Positions 51,944 through 62,622 of a stretch of DNA of 64,000 nt are shown here, piece by piece (position 1 is the stretch's first letter; every line of letters starts with the position of its first letter). The notes below the pieces were generated by a model. The model had not been told where the DNA came from. It did not search any database and saw only the letters and a list, made by a program, of their open reading frames with translations. The position numbers and the translations under genes were made by a program. The stretch is taken from the sequence record SRR31156797_3857. One strand, written 5' to 3'.

Positions 51944-53077
51944 ATGGCTTACAGTACTTTTACTCAGACAAAGAATAACCAACTTAAAGAACCTATGTTT
52001 CTTGGTCAGCCAGTTAACGTAGCTCGTTACGACCAACAGAAATATGACATTTTCGAAAAACTGATCGAAAAGCAACTTTCTTTCTTCTGGCGTCCGGAAG
52101 AAGTTGACGTATCTAGCGATCGTATCGACTACAACAAGCTTCCAGAGCATGAAAAGCACATTTTCATCTCTAACCTAAAATACCAAACACTGCTTGATTC
52201 AATTCAAGGTCGTAGCCCTAACGTTGCACTGCTTCCTCTCGTTTCTTTACCAGAGCTGGAAACATGGATTGAAACCTGGTCATTCTCTGAAACGATTCAC
52301 TCTCGTTCATACACGCACATTATTCGTAATATCGTTAACGATCCTGCAGTGGTATTCGATGACATCGTAGAGAACGAACACATTCTTAAGCGCGCTAAAG
52401 ATATTGCGCACTACTACGATCGCTTAATTGAACTGACAAACGATTACCACCGTTACGGCGAAGGTAAGCACACTATCAATGGCGAAACGGTTACCGTTAG
52501 TCTATCGAAGCTGAAGAGACAGCTTTACCTATGTTTGATGTCGGTAAACGCACTTGAAGCTATCCGTTTCTACGTAAGCTTCGCTTGTTCGTTCGCTTTT
52601 GCAGAGCGTGAGCTTATGGAAGGTAACGCGAAAATCATCAAGCTGATCGCTCGTGATGAAGCGCTTCACCTGACCGGTACGCAACATATGATCAACCTAC
52701 TTCGCAATGGTATGGATGATTTTGAGTTCCTGCAAATTGCTGAAGAGTGTAAACAAGAGTGCTTTGACCTGTTTAAAGAAGCTGCAGAGCAAGAAAAAGA
52801 ATGGGCGGAATACCTGTTCAAAGATGGCTCAATGATCGGCTTGAACAAAGACATTCTGTCTCAGTACGTTGAGTACATTACTAACATCCGTATGCAAGCT
52901 GTAGGTTTGGAAGCAGCTTACCCTGAAGCAACTAGCAACCCTATCCCATGGATCAACGCATGGTTGTCATCTGATAACGTTCAGGTTGCACCACAGGAAG
53001 CAGAAATTAGTTCATATCTTGTTGGTCAAATCGACAACGAAGTTGGTGCTGACGACTTTGAGGGCTTTGAGCTCTAA
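51944..53077 (+). CDS. nrdB: Class Ia ribonucleotide reductase beta subunit
   Basis: [21 protein letters not shown] and VAPQE motifs. Confidence 0.98.
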   Translation: MAYSTFTQTKNNQLKEPMFLGQPVNVARYDQQKYDIFEKLIEKQLSFFWRPEEVDVSSDRIDYNKLPEHEKHIFISNLKYQTLLDSIQGRSPNVALLPLVSLPELETWIETWSFSETIHSRSYTHIIRNIVNDPAVVFDDIVENEHILKRAKDIAHYYDRLIELTNDYHRYGEGKHTINGETVTVSLSKLKRQLYLCLMSVNALEAIRFYVSFACSFAFAERELMEGNAKIIKLIARDEALHLTGTQHMINLLRNGMDDFEFLQIAEECKQECFDLFKEAAEQEKEWAEYLFKDGSMIGLNKDILSQYVEYITNIRMQAVGLEAAYPEATSNPIPWINAWLSSDNVQVAPQEAEISSYLVGQIDNEVGADDFEGFEL

Positions 53078-53355
53078 TGGCAACAGTCAAAATCAACAAA
53101 ATCATCACGATTGAATCTAACCCATCTAACACGCTTTTAGAAACCATGGAGCAAGCTGGGTTAGAACCAGAATACAACTGCCGAGATGGCCACTGTGGCG
53201 CATGTCGTTGCACACTATTATCTGGTGAAGTTGAATACGTTGGTTTTGCTATGGCTTATACCCAAGCCAAAGAGATATTGCCATGTATCTGTAAAGCTAA
53301 AACGCCTTTGGAATTGGCGGATGTTAAGTATCACCCAAAAGCAAAACGCGCTTAG
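53077..53355 (+). CDS. yfaE: 2Fe-2S ferredoxin (RNR maintenance)
   Basis: CRDGHCGAC...LPCIC; TAATG overlap with nrdB. Confidence 0.9.
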   Translation: MATVKINKIITIESNPSNTLLETMEQAGLEPEYNCRDGHCGACRCTLLSGEVEYVGFAMAYTQAKEILPCICKAKTPLELADVKYHPKAKRA

Positions 53356-53387
53356 CAAGATTACAGATTCAAAATATGAGGCCAGAG

Positions 53388-53645
53388 TTATGCTCTGGCT
53401 TTATTCATTCCAAACTCGAATAAAATTTCGTCTGCTGTTCCCATCGATACTGACTTGTTTCCGATCTCTCTTCCACCATCATCAAACAAAGACAAACGGT
53501 AGCCCGAATAGCTAATATTGCTGTCTTCTATAGGCGCATTTCGCCACAGAGATGCCACATCACCATTACGGCTAAGTGCCTCACCCAAAACAACTTTTTG
53601 ACTTGCCACTTCATACCATACTAATATTTTTGATTGAGAAAACAT
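53388..53645 (-). CDS. Small hypothetical protein
   Basis: 85 aa; AGGAGG RBS upstream. Confidence 0.75.
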   Translation of the reverse strand: MFSQSKILVWYEVASQKVVLGEALSRNGDVASLWRNAPIEDSNISYSGYRLSLFDDGGREIGNKSVSMGTADEILFEFGMNKARA

Positions 53646-53905
53646 ACCCAGCCTCCTGCCGAAGTCACATCAAGGAAATATCAGTGTACAAACAAAAATT
53701 ACAAATGTGAGGACTCATTTGTGAGACGATCTCCCTCCCCTCTTAAAATCATCGGTTTACCACTTAGACAATTTGTTCATAAGAAAAACCCAATACGGGG
53801 CTTTGGTAATAAGTTGTATATTCATCAACTTATTACCAAACTGGAACAATCTAAAAATATCATGTAAAAACATAATGTTAGAATAAAAGTCATATAACTC
53901 GTTGA

Positions 53906-55147
53906 TTACTGGTTAAGTACACTACTCGGCAAGTACATCTCTTTCACACAGGTCACAGAACTATACTTCACCAATACTGGCTTTCCTTCTAAGTAACGAC
54001 GCAGCATATCTGCCGCTATGGTGCCCATCACTTCTTTTTGCTCTGCAGGTGAATACACACGGTTAAACTTCACTATCTGCCCCCACTCTCCCTGAGGCGC
54101 CGAAATGGCTACAGTGAACTGTTCACCCATTAACGTACCGGTGATGATTGAGAGCTCAGTTGAACATTTATCCTTTGTTGCTGCCGCTAATGCGAAAGCA
54201 GCTGCCAATGGATCTTGACCACCCAACCCTTCTTCTGCGGTATGACTTAGTATCCAGCTATGACCACTTAACTTTTCAATATTTGGATTGCTTAATAACC
54301 AACTCGACAACCAGCCTTTGGTGGCCTGCTCAGCAATGGCCAAAGACAAACCTTTATCAGCCATCAGATGACCAAGATGTTCCAGCATTGGCTCGTCAAC
54401 GCTCACCACATTTTGCTCCAGCAAGGCATAAATCATCTGTAGCAGCTTCACACGGGTATCAAGATCGCCTTTAGGGCCAAACAATTTCACTTCAATAAAT
54501 GGCAGATAAGAGCGATATCCCAACATATATCCTGAAGGAAGTTGCAATTTATCAAGCTTATCCGAGATACCAGATTCAGAAGTGCCAAATGTATAAAGAC
54601 GACTGCATTCAAGCCCAGCTTGTGCAGGAAACTGTTTTTTTAAGTCTGGTAAGATTTGCTCACTGACCATTTTCTTAAACTCTTTAGGTACGCCTGGCGT
54701 GAAGTAGAACCAACAATCGTTGATCTGCACTTTAAAACCACACGCAGTACCTATCGGATTATCAATTAATATCGACTTTTCCGGTAACATCGCTTGCTTG
54801 ATGTTACTTTCTGGCATCTTCATTTGACGAGCAGCAAAAAACGCTTCTAGCTTTTCCATCCACTCAGGAAATAGCTTTAGCTCCTGTTCGGCAGCAATCG
54901 CCGCACATTCCGAACTTAAATCATCAGTGGTAGGCCCCAAGCCCCCATTCACGATCACCACATCAGAGTTAAAACTTAACATTAATAGCTCTTCTACCAA
55001 TGCAGTCTGGGCATCACCCACGGTGGAACGCTTGGTTAAACCAAAACCGTTCTGAAAAAACTCTCTTGATAGCCACGCGGCATTGGTATCAACAATGTCA
55101 CCGTGCAAGACTTCTTCGCCTGTACTCAGCATTGCAATTTTGAGCAT
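53906..55147 (-). CDS. CinA/YfaY-like protein (MoCF-like N-terminal domain + degenerate PncC domain)
   Basis: TGEEVL.G.I.DTN, GGLGPTTDD, NP.GTA.G and PGVP.E motifs. Confidence 0.88.
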   Translation of the reverse strand: MLKIAMLSTGEEVLHGDIVDTNAAWLSREFFQNGFGLTKRSTVGDAQTALVEELLMLSFNSDVVIVNGGLGPTTDDLSSECAAIAAEQELKLFPEWMEKLEAFFAARQMKMPESNIKQAMLPEKSILIDNPIGTACGFKVQINDCWFYFTPGVPKEFKKMVSEQILPDLKKQFPAQAGLECSRLYTFGTSESGISDKLDKLQLPSGYMLGYRSYLPFIEVKLFGPKGDLDTRVKLLQMIYALLEQNVVSVDEPMLEHLGHLMADKGLSLAIAEQATKGWLSSWLLSNPNIEKLSGHSWILSHTAEEGLGGQDPLAAAFALAAATKDKCSTELSIITGTLMGEQFTVAISAPQGEWGQIVKFNRVYSPAEQKEVMGTIAADMLRRYLEGKPVLVKYSSVTCVKEMYLPSSVLNQ

Positions 55148-55314
55148 ATTCTCACCTTTAATATATTTACCTAATCTATACTCGGTAATAGAAAACTCAT
55201 TATAAGTCTTAAATTGTGTTGTTTATTCCGGAGTTTTGCACTTACTCGCAATTTAGTATTTCCATAATCAACACATTAATAGATAATTGAGACAACGATC
55301 ACCAAAACAGCGTC

Positions 55315-56226
55315 TTGGAGACATCTGTGCTAAAGAAAACCATCACAGCACTCACTTTATCATTTTCAGCTTGTGCTAGCGCTAGTCAATCCGTTGATTT
55401 TAGGCCAATTGACTTAACTGACCTTGCTGGCTGTGATCAATCTTTTTGCACATTCGATTCAAAGTATTCGTATAAAGCGCCTTCTCCATACACCGCGAGC
55501 TTAGATCAACAAACCGCTGTTGATATTGAAGAGCCAGTATTACCGCGCTATCTGAGAGTTTCAGATCAGCACGATGCTGAATACCTTCGACAACAAACTT
55601 ATACCATATTGGGTCTCAGTGTCGCGACCGTTGCCTTTATGACATTACTTCCTGAGTCTGTCACTAAGTGGGATGCGGAAGACAGAGATCTCAGCGGTCT
55701 GGGTTCAAAGTGGAAAGACAATGTTTCATCGGGCCCGGTTTGGGATCGTGATGAGCACTATCTGAACTACATTATGCACCCTTATTTTGGTGGTGTTTAT
55801 TACACGGCAGCACGCCACGCTGGTTACAATGAGTTTCATTCTTTCTTATACTCGTTCACCATGTCGGCATTCTTCTGGGAATACGGTGTAGAAGCGTTTG
55901 CAGAAGTCCCATCTTATCAAGACCTTTTCATTACGCCGTTCTTCGGCGCTGTCGTCGGTGAACTGATGTTTGAAACTGAACAGGAAATCGTCGCCAATGG
56001 TGGTGAAGTTATGGGTTCTGAAACCATGGGAGATGTCAGTTTATTCTTCCTGAACCCTGTTGGCCACATTCATGGTTGGGTGAGCAACGCTTGGGGTGGT
56101 TCAGCAGAGTTCCAGCTACAAACCGACCCATGGTACGGTAACAGTAGCGCGGCAAATTTCGCATTGAGTTCTGGTGTTGATTACGACGATCAGTTCTACT
56201 CAATGAACCTGAAAATCACCTTCTAG
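55315..56226 (+). CDS. Exported/outer-membrane protein, probably DUF3943
   Basis: Signal peptide; WDRD..YLNY.MHPY.G, WEYGVEAFAE.PS.QD; C-terminal Phe. Start may be GTG at 55327. Confidence 0.75.
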   Translation: METSVLKKTITALTLSFSACASASQSVDFRPIDLTDLAGCDQSFCTFDSKYSYKAPSPYTASLDQQTAVDIEEPVLPRYLRVSDQHDAEYLRQQTYTILGLSVATVAFMTLLPESVTKWDAEDRDLSGLGSKWKDNVSSGPVWDRDEHYLNYIMHPYFGGVYYTAARHAGYNEFHSFLYSFTMSAFFWEYGVEAFAEVPSYQDLFITPFFGAVVGELMFETEQEIVANGGEVMGSETMGDVSLFFLNPVGHIHGWVSNAWGGSAEFQLQTDPWYGNSSAANFALSSGVDYDDQFYSMNLKITF

Positions 56227-56508
56227 TCTCTTACACTTCAACTATTTAAAAGCGCGATTTCAGCGCTTTTGAACACTCTCCGCGAACGTAATTCGGAACC
56301 CTACTTTATCACTTTCTTGATCCTGAACCTGACCCACCCATAACAAACACCGATGGCTAAGTCTTCATTAATACAAAAACTTAGTCGGTTATGAGAGAGC
56401 AAGTAAACCGATACAATGACTTTTCATGCCCCTATTCAACGAGTAGGATTTATATTTGTGCAGAGGGTTAAATAAATGAAATTTCACGATAATCGCGATC
56501 TCAAAAAA

Positions 56509-56522
56509 TTGACCTTGGTCAA
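56509..56522. promoter_or_regulatory. FNR-like palindrome upstream of the ACT-domain gene
   Basis: TTGAC-N4-GTCAA. Confidence 0.45.
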
Positions 56523-56588
56523 CTCTCTGTATTTCACAACACCTAAACTCAGAAGATAAGGCGATCATGTGATATTTGGAGGTTAATT

Positions 56589-57101
56589 ATGACATGCACT
56601 TTTATAGTAAGTTTTGTTGGTAAGGCCACGCCCGCAACAATTAAAGCACTTTCAGCTGTCACCAATGACAACAAAGGTAAGTGGCTAATCAGTAAAGTAA
56701 ACTTCATCGAAAGTGAAGTTGCGGCGGTCATTAAAGTTGAAGTGCCACAAGAAAACGCAGATGTCGTAAAAGAGGCATTCCGTGCGTATGACGATTTATT
56801 AGTCAACATTGTTGATGTTGAAGATCATGTTCAACTTGAAGACACGATTCATCAAATCCGTATCGATGCTAACGACCGCTACGGTGTGGTAAATGAGATT
56901 ACTCACGTATTGGATGAGCAAGACATTCATATTTTAGATATGGATTGCCAACGTGTATTTATTGCCGGCGGCGGCGGTGTCAGCTCAAGCCTATTTACCG
57001 CTAACCTTGCTTTACGTTTACCGGTTGAACGCAATATCAAAGACGTCGCCAGTGAACTTGAAGCCTTAAGTGAAGACACTCGAGTGATTATCGAATCATA
57101 A
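56589..57101 (+). CDS. Tandem ACT-domain protein (GcvR-like)
   Basis: DRYGVVNEIT ACT motif; GGAGG RBS; 170 aa. Confidence 0.75.
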   Translation: MTCTFIVSFVGKATPATIKALSAVTNDNKGKWLISKVNFIESEVAAVIKVEVPQENADVVKEAFRAYDDLLVNIVDVEDHVQLEDTIHQIRIDANDRYGVVNEITHVLDEQDIHILDMDCQRVFIAGGGGVSSSLFTANLALRLPVERNIKDVASELEALSEDTRVIIES

Positions 57102-57124
57102 GTGTTACCTCCCTGAGTGTATGT

Positions 57125-57155
57125 AAAAAAAACCACCGAATTTCGGTGGTTTTTT
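57125..57155. terminator. Bidirectional terminator
   Basis: AAAAAACCACCGAA/TTCGGTGGTTTTTT between convergent genes. Confidence 0.88.
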
Positions 57156-57182
57156 ATTTTAAAACGATAACGTCTTAACGGC

Positions 57183-58316
57183 TTAGTTAACCGACCACTG
57201 AGACAGTGAACGTTTGAAGTCGTCGTAACCAAATTCATTCAGTTTCTGAATCTCGCCGTTGCTGCGTTCACAATACACTGAAGGCATCTTCAAGCCATTA
57301 AACCAGTTCAACTTAACCATGGTGTAACCTGCACTGTCCATGATGTGAAGTTTCTGACCAATTTCTAGTGGCGCATCAAAGTTAGCCACACAGAACTGGT
57401 CGCCAGCAAGACAAGAACACGAACCAATTACATATTCGTGTTCACCGTTGTCAGACGCTTCTAATACTGACGCAGGCTCATTGTAGATAAGCGTATCCAA
57501 ACGGTGTGCTTCTGTTGCAGAGTCGACAATCGCTGTTTTCATTTCGTTTTCTACGATGTCTACCACAGTCACAACTAAATCTGTTGTTTTCGTGATGACC
57601 GCTTCACCCGGCTCAAGGTATAGCTGAACACCGTGCTTTTCAGAAAATGCTTTAAGCGCTGCTGCGAGTTTCTCTACATCGTAGCCCGGCCATGTAAAGA
57701 ATACACCGCCGCCCAAGCTAACCCAATCAAGCTTGTTCAGGTGTTCGCCAAAACGGTTTGAGATGGAATTCAGCAGGCTGATAAAAGCATCCACATCTTT
57801 GTTTTCACAGTTCATGTGGAACATTACGCCGTTGATACTTTCAAATACAGAAGCATCAATATTGTCGGCTTGAACACCCAAACGAGAGAATTTACGCGCA
57901 GGGTTTGCCAGATCTTGACCAGCATAGCTCACACCCGGGTTTAAACGTAAACCCAGAGATGCTTTACCTTCAACAAGATGACGGTACGCGGCAAGTTGAG
58001 ACTGAGAGTTGAAAATCATCTTATCGCAAATGTCTGCCACTTCTTTTACATCGTCTTCGCTGTATCCCACGCTGTACGCATGCGTTTCGCCGCCAAACTT
58101 CTCGTAGCCTAATTTAACTTCGAACGGACCTGAGCTGGTTGTCCCATCCAGGTAAGGTTTGATGATGTCAAACACACCCCAAGTTGAGAAGCACTTCAGC
58201 GCTAAAACCAATTTAACGCCTGACAATTCTTTCAAGCGTTTAGCGATTTCTAGGTTCGCAATCAACTTGTCTTCATCGATCATGAAGTACGGAGTTTTTA
58301 GTTCGCTTTTTTGCAT
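57183..58316 (-). CDS. nspC: Carboxynorspermidine decarboxylase
   Basis: LALKCFS, SRLG, LGGG, YLEPGEA, SCLAGD and YTMVK..WFNG motifs; ATG at 58316. Confidence 0.93.
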   Translation of the reverse strand: MQKSELKTPYFMIDEDKLIANLEIAKRLKELSGVKLVLALKCFSTWGVFDIIKPYLDGTTSSGPFEVKLGYEKFGGETHAYSVGYSEDDVKEVADICDKMIFNSQSQLAAYRHLVEGKASLGLRLNPGVSYAGQDLANPARKFSRLGVQADNIDASVFESINGVMFHMNCENKDVDAFISLLNSISNRFGEHLNKLDWVSLGGGVFFTWPGYDVEKLAAALKAFSEKHGVQLYLEPGEAVITKTTDLVVTVVDIVENEMKTAIVDSATEAHRLDTLIYNEPASVLEASDNGEHEYVIGSCSCLAGDQFCVANFDAPLEIGQKLHIMDSAGYTMVKLNWFNGLKMPSVYCERSNGEIQKLNEFGYDDFKRSLSQWSVN

Positions 58317-58341
58317 TTCTACGTTCACTCTAAAATTGAAC

Positions 58342-58367
58342 AAAGCCGACGCTAACGCATCGGCTTT
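58342..58367 (-). terminator. Intra-operon terminator-like hairpin before nspC
   Basis: AAAGCCGATGC-GTTA-GCGTCGGCTTT followed by GTTCAATTTT on the minus strand. Confidence 0.5.
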
Positions 58368-58384
58368 AAATAAATATCACTATC

Positions 58385-58469
58385 GTCATTCCAGAATTTC
58401 GGTACGAAATCTCTGGAATCTATTATGTACAAAGATCCCAGATAAATGCGATGCATTTTCTGGGATGAC
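58385..58469. repeat. REP-like inverted doublet (GTCATTCC...GGGATGAC dumbbell)
   Basis: Terminal IR GTCATTCCAGAA/TTCTGGGATGAC with two internal hairpins; preceded by CGTC. Confidence 0.7.
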
Positions 58470-58477
58470 AACAACGG

Positions 58478-59722
58478 TTATTTAAGGATCTTAATATCTG
58501 GTTGACCTGGCTCTAGTTCCAGAACATCCCAACCTAGACCAATCTCTGGCATCGTTTCTAGGAACACATCTGGGTTTAGCTGTTCCATGTTGAATACACC
58601 TGAGTCCGCCCACTCGCCACGGAAGTATTGAAGAGCAGCGGTAATTGCAGGAACACCTGTGGTGTAAGCAATCGCTTGGTGCTCTACATCTTTGTAAGCC
58701 ACTTCGTGGTCTGCGTTGTTGTAGATAAATACGCTGCGCTCTTTACCGTCTTTTTTACCTTGTACCCAAGTACCGATACAAGTTAGGCCAGTGTAACCTG
58801 GTGCTAGAGACGTTGGGTCTGGTAGCAGTGCTTTCAGAACATGAAGAGGCTGAACAACAGTACCATCGTGTAGCGTTACTGGATCTGGGCTTAACAGACC
58901 AATGTCACGCATGCAGTTGAAGTAGTTTAAGTAGCGATCGCCGAAGCCCATCCAGAATTCAATGCGTTTTGCTGGGATGAACTCTTTCAGAGAACGAACT
59001 TCATCGTGTGCCATTGAGTACACTTTGAAGGGACCACAGTTCGGGAAATCGAACTCAAGCATACGTGTATGGCATGGAACCACTTTCCACTCGCCATTTT
59101 CCCAGTAGAAAGAATCACCCTGGATTTCCAGCATGTTTGTTTCTGGGTCAAAGTTAGTTGCGAACTTCTTACCGTGGTCACCTGCGTTCACATCCATTAC
59201 GTCGATAGTATCGATTTCATCAAACAGATGTTTCGCTGCGTATGCTGCAAATACACTCACTACGCCTGGATCGAAACCAGCGCCCAGAATACCTGTGATA
59301 CCTGCTTCTTTAAACTTCTCGCGGAAAGCCCATTGTGGATCGTAAGCTTCAGGAACTTGTTGACCTTCAGAGCAAAGGTCTACCGCTACAGATGTATCTA
59401 AGTAAGACACTTTAGCTTGATAACACGCTTCCATAATTGCAACGTTAACCCACGGAGGGCCAGCGTTAATTACAAGATCTGGCTGAACTTCTTTAATCAA
59501 TGCAACCAACGCGTCTACGTCGTCTGCATCAACCGCACGAGCTTCTAGCTTCTTAGTAGAATCTTTTAAGTTGTTTTTACCCTTAATTGATTCAATGATC
59601 TTCTCACACTTCCCGATAGAACGTGAAGCAATGGTAATATCACCCAGCACGTCGTTGTTTTGAGCCGCTTTATGTGCAACGACCCAACCAACACCGCCCG
59701 CACCAATCTGTAGAATTGACAT
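58478..59722 (-). CDS. Carboxynorspermidine synthase/dehydrogenase (saccharopine dehydrogenase family)
   Basis: GAGGVG, GFDPG, FATNFDPE and AYTTGVP motifs; operon context. Confidence 0.93.
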   Translation of the reverse strand: MSILQIGAGGVGWVVAHKAAQNNDVLGDITIASRSIGKCEKIIESIKGKNNLKDSTKKLEARAVDADDVDALVALIKEVQPDLVINAGPPWVNVAIMEACYQAKVSYLDTSVAVDLCSEGQQVPEAYDPQWAFREKFKEAGITGILGAGFDPGVVSVFAAYAAKHLFDEIDTIDVMDVNAGDHGKKFATNFDPETNMLEIQGDSFYWENGEWKVVPCHTRMLEFDFPNCGPFKVYSMAHDEVRSLKEFIPAKRIEFWMGFGDRYLNYFNCMRDIGLLSPDPVTLHDGTVVQPLHVLKALLPDPTSLAPGYTGLTCIGTWVQGKKDGKERSVFIYNNADHEVAYKDVEHQAIAYTTGVPAITAALQYFRGEWADSGVFNMEQLNPDVFLETMPEIGLGWDVLELEPGQPDIKILK

Positions 59723-59736
59723 TATATCCGTTACCT

Positions 59737-62622
59737 TTATTTCGCTAGCTCAGACGCTAGAGTTTCAATTTTAGCCAGTAGAGATTCGAAGTCCGAAATC
59801 TTCAAGCATGGGTTCAAGATTGTGAATTTCAAGGCAGTTTTGCCATCCACAATGGTCTCGCCAAGTACAGCGATACCACGTACCAGCGCTTCCATTCGAA
59901 CGGCTTTGTTAAGCTCATCGAAATCTGTCGCTTGGCTGTCTACAGCTCGGAATAACACGGTAGACAAAGATGGTTCAGCCAAAAGCTCAAACGCTTTATG
60001 CTGACGAACCAAATCGGCCACTTCCAGAGTTTGCTCTAATAAGTGGTCATACATTGCGCCTAGTTGTTTAGGACCGACGTTTTGCATCGTCATAAACACT
60101 TTTAAGGCATCAAATCGTTTTGTTGTCGCGATAGACTTATCTACCAGGTTCGGCAGAGTGTCGTGTTCGCGGTTTAAGTAATCTGCATGGTGTAGCAGGA
60201 ACTTAAAGTTGCTCTTATCTTTAAGAAGCAGAGCGCCACAGCTGATGGTTTGGAAGAACAGTTTGTGAAAATCAACGCTCACTGAGTGTGCACGTTCTAC
60301 ACCGTTCAAACGGTCTTTATGGCTGCTCAGAATCAACGCGCCACCGTATGCACTGTCTACGTGCATCCATAGGTCATGTTTTTCTGAAACATCAGCGATA
60401 GTCGCAAGATCATCAATCGCGCCGTGGTCAGTTGTACCTGCTGTACCAACCACTGCAAATGGAATCAAACCTTCCGCTTTCGCAGCCTCAACCGCGGCTT
60501 CAAGCTTAGTCACATCCATGGTGCCGTTTGGCATTGCGTCAACAGTCAGCACCGCTTTCTCACCTAAGCCCATCCAAGAAGCTGACTTCTGAACAGTAAA
60601 GTGAGATTTCTTCGAACAAATAATACGAAGTTTATCAGCGTAATCCGGTAGACCTAGCTTCTGAATTGAGTGACCACTCAGTTTGTCAGCAATCCAGTCA
60701 CGAGCCAGCATTAAGCCCATTTGGTTACTTTGAGTACCACCACTGGTGAAGATACCGTCTGCATCTGCACCCAGTTCGTACTTAGCACACATCCAGTCAA
60801 CCACTTTCTGCTCAACGAATGTTGCTGCAGAAGCTTGGTCCCATGAATCCATAGATTGGTTCAAAGAAGCAATGATCGCTTCAGCAACCACAGATGGCAT
60901 CAACGGTGGTGTGTGCAGGTGTGCGATACAGTCAGGGTGTTGAACAATAATCGAGTTCTTCGCAACGAGATCAGCCGTGTCTGAAATGACTTCGTTGAGT
61001 GAAGCATTTTTGTTATCAAGATCAACCGCGTAAATCGCTTCTTCCAACGCTTTTGGATCCATGCCGGAGTATGGTGCATCCACTTGTTCGAATACCGCTT
61101 TCATAGCCGCAGTCGTGTGATTCATCACTTTCGAGAACTCAGTGCTGCCCATCTCACCCGTTTGGATAAAGTGTTTTTTCCACTCTTGGTTGGTTGGCTC
61201 TGGATCAACATAGCTCCCACCAGCAACAATGATCGCTTCTTCAAGGGTGCGAAGTGCAAAATCAATCTGCTCGAAAGAGATAATCAATGGCGGAAGGAAT
61301 CGAACAACCGAACCGTCACGGCCACCTTTCTCAACCATCAAACCACGCTCAAGTGCAGCACGTTGGATACCCAAGGTTAATTGAGGTGCAGACTTCGGCT
61401 CGCCAAACTTGTTCAGTTCACCACTTGGATCTTTAATTTCAAGACCCAGCATCAAACCTTTACCACGCACTTCTGCAATACAGTTCACGCGGCTTTGAAT
61501 TTTTTCTAAGCCCATACGTAGATATTGGCCCGCAATATTTGCGTGCTCTACTAGGCTGTCACGGTTGATGATTTCAAGCGCTTTAGCACCAGAAACCATG
61601 GCTAATTGGTTACCACGGAACGTACCGGTGTGCTCACCTGGTTTCCAGGTATCAAACTTCTTGTTGATAACCAACATCGCCATTGGCAGACCACCACCAA
61701 TCGCTTTAGATAGACATAGAACGTCAGGAACAATACCCGCTTCTTCGAATGCGAAGTTGTAACCTGTTTTACCGACACCACACTGGATTTCATCAAGAAT
61801 CAGCATGATCTCATGCTCGTCACAGATGCGGCGAAGTTCTCGTAGCCAGAATGCAGGTGCTGGCATAACGCCACCTTCACCTTGAACTGGCTCAACAATG
61901 ATAGCAGCAGGCTTCATGATGCCTGATTCATCATCGTTCAACAGACGTTCAATATAACGAATGCTCGCTTTCGCACCTTCGTCACCGCCAAGGCCAAATG
62001 GGCAGCGAATGTTGTATGGGAACGGCATAAAGTGCACATCTGACATTAAGCCAGTTCGACGCGCTTTGGTATTCAAGTTACCCATCATGCCCATAGTACC
62101 GTTTGTCATACCATGGTATGCGCCACGGAACGCAAACATGGTATTGCGGCCAGTCGTTTGCTTAGCTAGCTTAATTGCGGCTTCTACTGCATCTGCACCT
62201 GAAGGGCCTGTGAATTGAATTACACAGTTATCACCTAACTCTGAAGGTAAGAACCCTTTCACTGCTTTGATGAAGTCTGTTTTAGACTTGGTCGCAATAT
62301 CAAGCGTCTGGTACGGTAGACCTGAGTCTAGCTGTTGTTTGAGCGCCTGATTAATCTCAGGATGGTTATAACCTAGCGCCAGCGTACCCGCACCGGCCAA
62401 ACAATCTAGGAAGATTTGGCCACGAGTATCTTCCACCAAACAGCCGTAAGCTTGTTTGATAGCGATAGGTAAACGACGTGGGTATGACCGTACTTCAGAC
62501 TCATGTTCTGCTTGTTCAAGGAGAACTTCATCGGGAGTAAGATCGTAAACACCGTCTACGACTGGAATCTGGTTTGAAATTGCGGTTGCGATAGTGTTAT
62601 CGACTTCAAAGGCTGTACTCAT
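59737..62622 (-). CDS. Fused diaminobutyrate aminotransferase / diaminobutyrate decarboxylase
   Basis: N-terminal class III aminotransferase (ESEVRSYPR, DEIQCG, LSKAIGG) fused to a group II PLP decarboxylase (TSGGTQSN, HVDSAYGG, DFHK). Confidence 0.95.
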   Translation of the reverse strand: MSTAFEVDNTIATAISNQIPVVDGVYDLTPDEVLLEQAEHESEVRSYPRRLPIAIKQAYGCLVEDTRGQIFLDCLAGAGTLALGYNHPEINQALKQQLDSGLPYQTLDIATKSKTDFIKAVKGFLPSELGDNCVIQFTGPSGADAVEAAIKLAKQTTGRNTMFAFRGAYHGMTNGTMGMMGNLNTKARRTGLMSDVHFMPFPYNIRCPFGLGGDEGAKASIRYIERLLNDDESGIMKPAAIIVEPVQGEGGVMPAPAFWLRELRRICDEHEIMLILDEIQCGVGKTGYNFAFEEAGIVPDVLCLSKAIGGGLPMAMLVINKKFDTWKPGEHTGTFRGNQLAMVSGAKALEIINRDSLVEHANIAGQYLRMGLEKIQSRVNCIAEVRGKGLMLGLEIKDPSGELNKFGEPKSAPQLTLGIQRAALERGLMVEKGGRDGSVVRFLPPLIISFEQIDFALRTLEEAIIVAGGSYVDPEPTNQEWKKHFIQTGEMGSTEFSKVMNHTTAAMKAVFEQVDAPYSGMDPKALEEAIYAVDLDNKNASLNEVISDTADLVAKNSIIVQHPDCIAHLHTPPLMPSVVAEAIIASLNQSMDSWDQASAATFVEQKVVDWMCAKYELGADADGIFTSGGTQSNQMGLMLARDWIADKLSGHSIQKLGLPDYADKLRIICSKKSHFTVQKSASWMGLGEKAVLTVDAMPNGTMDVTKLEAAVEAAKAEGLIPFAVVGTAGTTDHGAIDDLATIADVSEKHDLWMHVDSAYGGALILSSHKDRLNGVERAHSVSVDFHKLFFQTISCGALLLKDKSNFKFLLHHADYLNREHDTLPNLVDKSIATTKRFDALKVFMTMQNVGPKQLGAMYDHLLEQTLEVADLVRQHKAFELLAEPSLSTVLFRAVDSQATDFDELNKAVRMEALVRGIAVLGETIVDGKTALKFTILNPCLKISDFESLLAKIETLASELAK

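Noticed and set aside
53634-53867. 77-aa plus-strand ORF
   Set aside because: TTG start without RBS; overlaps the start and promoter of the 85-aa minus-strand gene
59737-62622. Aminotransferase-decarboxylase fusion as a novelty
   Set aside because: Already an established feature of the Vibrio norspermidine pathway
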